64,000 bases of DNA from Sarea resinae (Eukaryota). A model generated the notes under the pieces. That model was not told the DNA's origin and made no database searches. It saw only the letters and a list, made by a program, of their open reading frames with translations. Where the stretch lies: the NCBI GenBank assembly GCA_026026165.1, contig JAPEUD010000006.1, positions 372,001 to 436,000 of the forward strand, written 5' to 3'. Every line of letters begins with the position of its first letter. Positions within the stretch are counted from its first letter, which is position 1. The position numbers were made by a program, and so were the translations under genes. Shown here in pieces: positions 60,864-64,000 of the stretch.

Positions 60864-63176
60864 ATGATGGTACCGAACCTTGCGCTCATCTCCCGTCGCT
60901 ACATGCTAAAGCCCTCATCTAGCGGCCCCTCTTTCGCAATGCATTGCCATTGCTGCTCGTCGTCGCTGTCCTTGTCCTAATGCCGTCATGCGCCGCTCAA
61001 TTTCCACCTTCCGGCCGCACTCAATCGAATCTGACCACCATATTGTCGCCCGTCAATGGCAACATCAGCATTGTCTACAAGTCCCCGCCACCTGGGACCT
61101 GTACTACCGTCTTTCCCACCCAGAAACAATACACGGGATATGTTGAGCTTCCACCATTTACACTCGCCCCTCTACAACAGAACTATTCGATCAACACCTT
61201 CTTCTGGTTCATCGAAGCTCGCGACAGTCCAGAGACAGCACCGTTGACTATCTGGTTGAATGGGGGTCCGGCAACTAGCAGCATGATTGGTTTGTTCGAG
61301 GAATCGGGGCCTTGTGAAGTCATCGAAATGGCTCGAGGTGTCTATGGCACTCAAGCGAGGCAATGGGGATGGGACAGAACATCAAACATGATTTACGTGG
61401 ATCAGGTAATATTTCACCCGATGGCTCGAAAGCTTGAATCCCGAAGACTGACGGTATTGGCAGCCGAATCAAGTAGGCTTCTCTTATGAAACGCCGGTGA
61501 ACGCTTCACTGAATCTGCTCACGGGTGATTTTGAAGCGGTTGGCCCGGTTCCCGACGATCTTCCAGCATATAGCTATCTCAATGGCACTTTCAGCCTCAC
61601 GAATAATGGAACGACCAATACCACGGAAATTTCGGCTTATGCTATCTGGCATATGCTCCAAGGATTCCTTGGCGCATTTCCACAATATAATCCCGGCACC
61701 CGCCCAAGAAGCAACGTGACTGGTGACGTTGGAATCAATTTGTTCACGGAAAGCTACGGAGGAAAGTACGGTCCGGCGTTTGCATCTGTATGGGAGGAAC
61801 AAAACGCTCGCCGGCAGAACGGTTCGATATCAAGCAACGGTACTCTGGATATTCGGTTACGGTCCTTGGGAATCATCAATGGCTGCATAGACGAGCTCAT
61901 CCAATCACCGTTCTATTCTACCTTTGCCAGCAATAACACCTACGGTATTCAGGCCGTCAGCAATACCATCTCGCAGAACATGACCGCCGGCTTCTATGCT
62001 CAAGATGGCTGCGAGAATCTTCTCAAATCGTGTAGAAATGCTATCGCCACTAGTGATCCGCAGAATATCGGAAATGCATCTTACGTTAACGAGCTCTGCG
62101 CGAAAGCGGACTTGGAATGTACCGACAACGTACAAGACCCTTATTATCAGTCCGGAAGAGGGGCCTACGATATCAGACACTTCAGCCCTGATCCATTCCC
62201 ACCAAGCAGCTATCTCGAATACTTGAACACTGCGGATGTACTGGAGGCTATCGGTGCTAGAATCAACTTTACCAGCCACAGCGATGTGGCTCAAGCTGGA
62301 TTTACCGCAAGTAAGTTATCGTTCGTGGACGTTGTTGGTGTTGTAAACGTGTCTAATGTCATTCGGATAGCTGGTGATGGCGCGCGAGGCGGTCAAATCG
62401 GCCAGCTTTCTTACCTTCTCTCTCAAGGAGTCAGAGTTGCCCTCATCTATGGTGATGCTGATTACATTTGTAATTGGCTCGGTGGTGAGGCTGCCTCGTT
62501 TTCGGTCGCCTCACAGGCATCCTACATGCCATTCTACTCTGCTGGTTATGCAGATATTCAGGTCAATGATTCCTACGTTGGTGGAGCTGTACGCTCCTAT
62601 GGAAATCTTTCGTTTTCAAGAATTTATGATTCAGGGCACCTTGTCCCAGCTTACCAACCAGAGACCGCATTTACCGTTTTTACACGTATAGTCGAAGGGG
62701 CTAATATTGCTACCGGTGAGACGGTTGATCTATCTAGCTTTGGCACCCAAGGAGACGCCAATGCGACCCATACGAATAAAGATGTGTCAGCTCCAAGTCC
62801 CACTTGTTGGATTCGAGATATCGCCTCTACTTGTACGGATGAGCAGAAGGCCATGATCATGGAGAACCAAGGTGTAGTGATGGGTGGAGTGCTCTATGAC
62901 AAGGCGAGCGATTACAAACCACCATCTTCTTCAGTCGCCGGCAAAGCAGGGAAACCTGGTGCCCTTCCAACTGCCAAGTCGTCTAGCATCGCGGCAGCTT
63001 CACATACGAGCTCATCAAAAGCAGCAAAGTCCTCGAGTAGTGCTGCGACGGGTGTTTATGTAGCCACAGCCGCGCCAAAGGTCTCTCACTTAGGCGTAGC
63101 TGGGGCAGCGATGGAGGTCAATCTACTAGCTCTAGGGTTGAGTGCCATGACGGCGTTGATTGGGGTAAATCTGTGA
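60864..63176 (+). CDS. Secreted serine carboxypeptidase (family S10), probably GPI-anchored
   Basis: Signal peptide; motifs TFFWFIEAR, WLNGGPATSS, TESYGGKYGP (catalytic Ser), GDADYICN and DSGHLVP; S/A-rich linker and hydrophobic C-terminus. Likely first exon ATGATG (60864-60869) followed by intron 60870-60922. Confidence 0.9.
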
Positions 63177-64000
63177 GTGTCAAGGGGCGTTTGGGACGAA
63201 TTCTGCGGCGTTCGAGACTCTTTACAGTCGTATCACGCATTTGCATGACTGTGGCCAGCGGAGGAGCGCAGTATTTCTGTGTACAATGATACCCCCCTTT
63301 CTGGTCTAGCATCGAAGCTTGGGCAGATGAATGGCCACATGGCTTGATGTGGACTCTTTCATTTCGTTCATGATATCTCACAGATAGGAACTAATAGATA
63401 GACTATGTTTTCAAGAAGAATAAGAAGGATTCACCAGACTGACAAGACCATACCAACAATTCAATTTCCGAGGCTCTTGGTAGTGAAGCCATCGCGAAAC
63501 CGCAAGACAGGTCGAATCAAAGTAGGTTGTCCCGAGCTTCGGGACCGAACGTTTCCAAGCGGCATTTGCCGAACGCACTTCTAGAGCTTTCCAATCTTAG
63601 CGGTGTGGTGTCTAAACGATCAGCTTCTTGCGCAGTATAAAATCGACTCGACCTCTGTTCATGTAGAATTCCATCATTTGTCCAGCACTTCTATCCCTCG
63701 CCTGTTCGACCCAGAAGCATCACACGTCACTGTAAGTAATGAGCCCGAGACCTTCCATCCACAATTATCCATTTTCATTCCCTATTCGACCCTATATGAT
63801 GAGAATTCCAGCTGGCACCAGTCCTAGAAAGACTTGTACTCTTTTTGCTGCGGATTAGCTTTGCAGGAGTCAATCTCCGCCTATCTGACTTCGTCGGTCG
63901 AATATTTGCTTCATCTAATATCATTACCTTTGTCAATGCGAGATAGAGGCTAATGTGACCGTCTGCTAGTCTTTTTCACCCCCATCATGGTTCTCCACAA

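Overview
Gene-dense, intron-containing region of a filamentous ascomycete (Pezizomycotina-like; GT-AG introns with CTRAC/CTAAC branch sites). Host genes recognised from motifs: 5'-truncated HOP1, an S/R/P-rich hypothetical protein, a UDP-galactose-type transporter, MER3 helicase, an LRR protein, MDP1 phosphatase, dynactin p27, MLP1/TPR, TFA2, COQ3, a single-pass PY-motif protein, an APH/AIM9-like kinase-fold protein, a P450, STN1, an EngB/YihA GTPase, FMC1, a DUF1295 protein and an S10 carboxypeptidase. The ORF-poor, TpA-rich block is a complete 7,944-bp DNA transposon (30928-38871) riddled with RIP-type C>T changes. It has 21-bp TIRs, a 9-bp TSD (TCCAGCTTA), a DUF6589-like transposase relic, a convergent RecQ-like helicase relic (AcademH-like architecture) and a third relic gene with a Zn2Cys6-like cysteine pattern. 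Each end can fold into its own ~80-100-nt branched hairpin. It sits in the divergent MLP1/TFA2 promoter. A second unexplained structure is an array of six short stem-loops with covarying stems and a conserved CACTYHAC loop (43422-43591), just upstream of an orphan basic spliced ORF. All family calls come from reading motifs by eye; no database searches were run, and exon boundaries are approximate unless stated.
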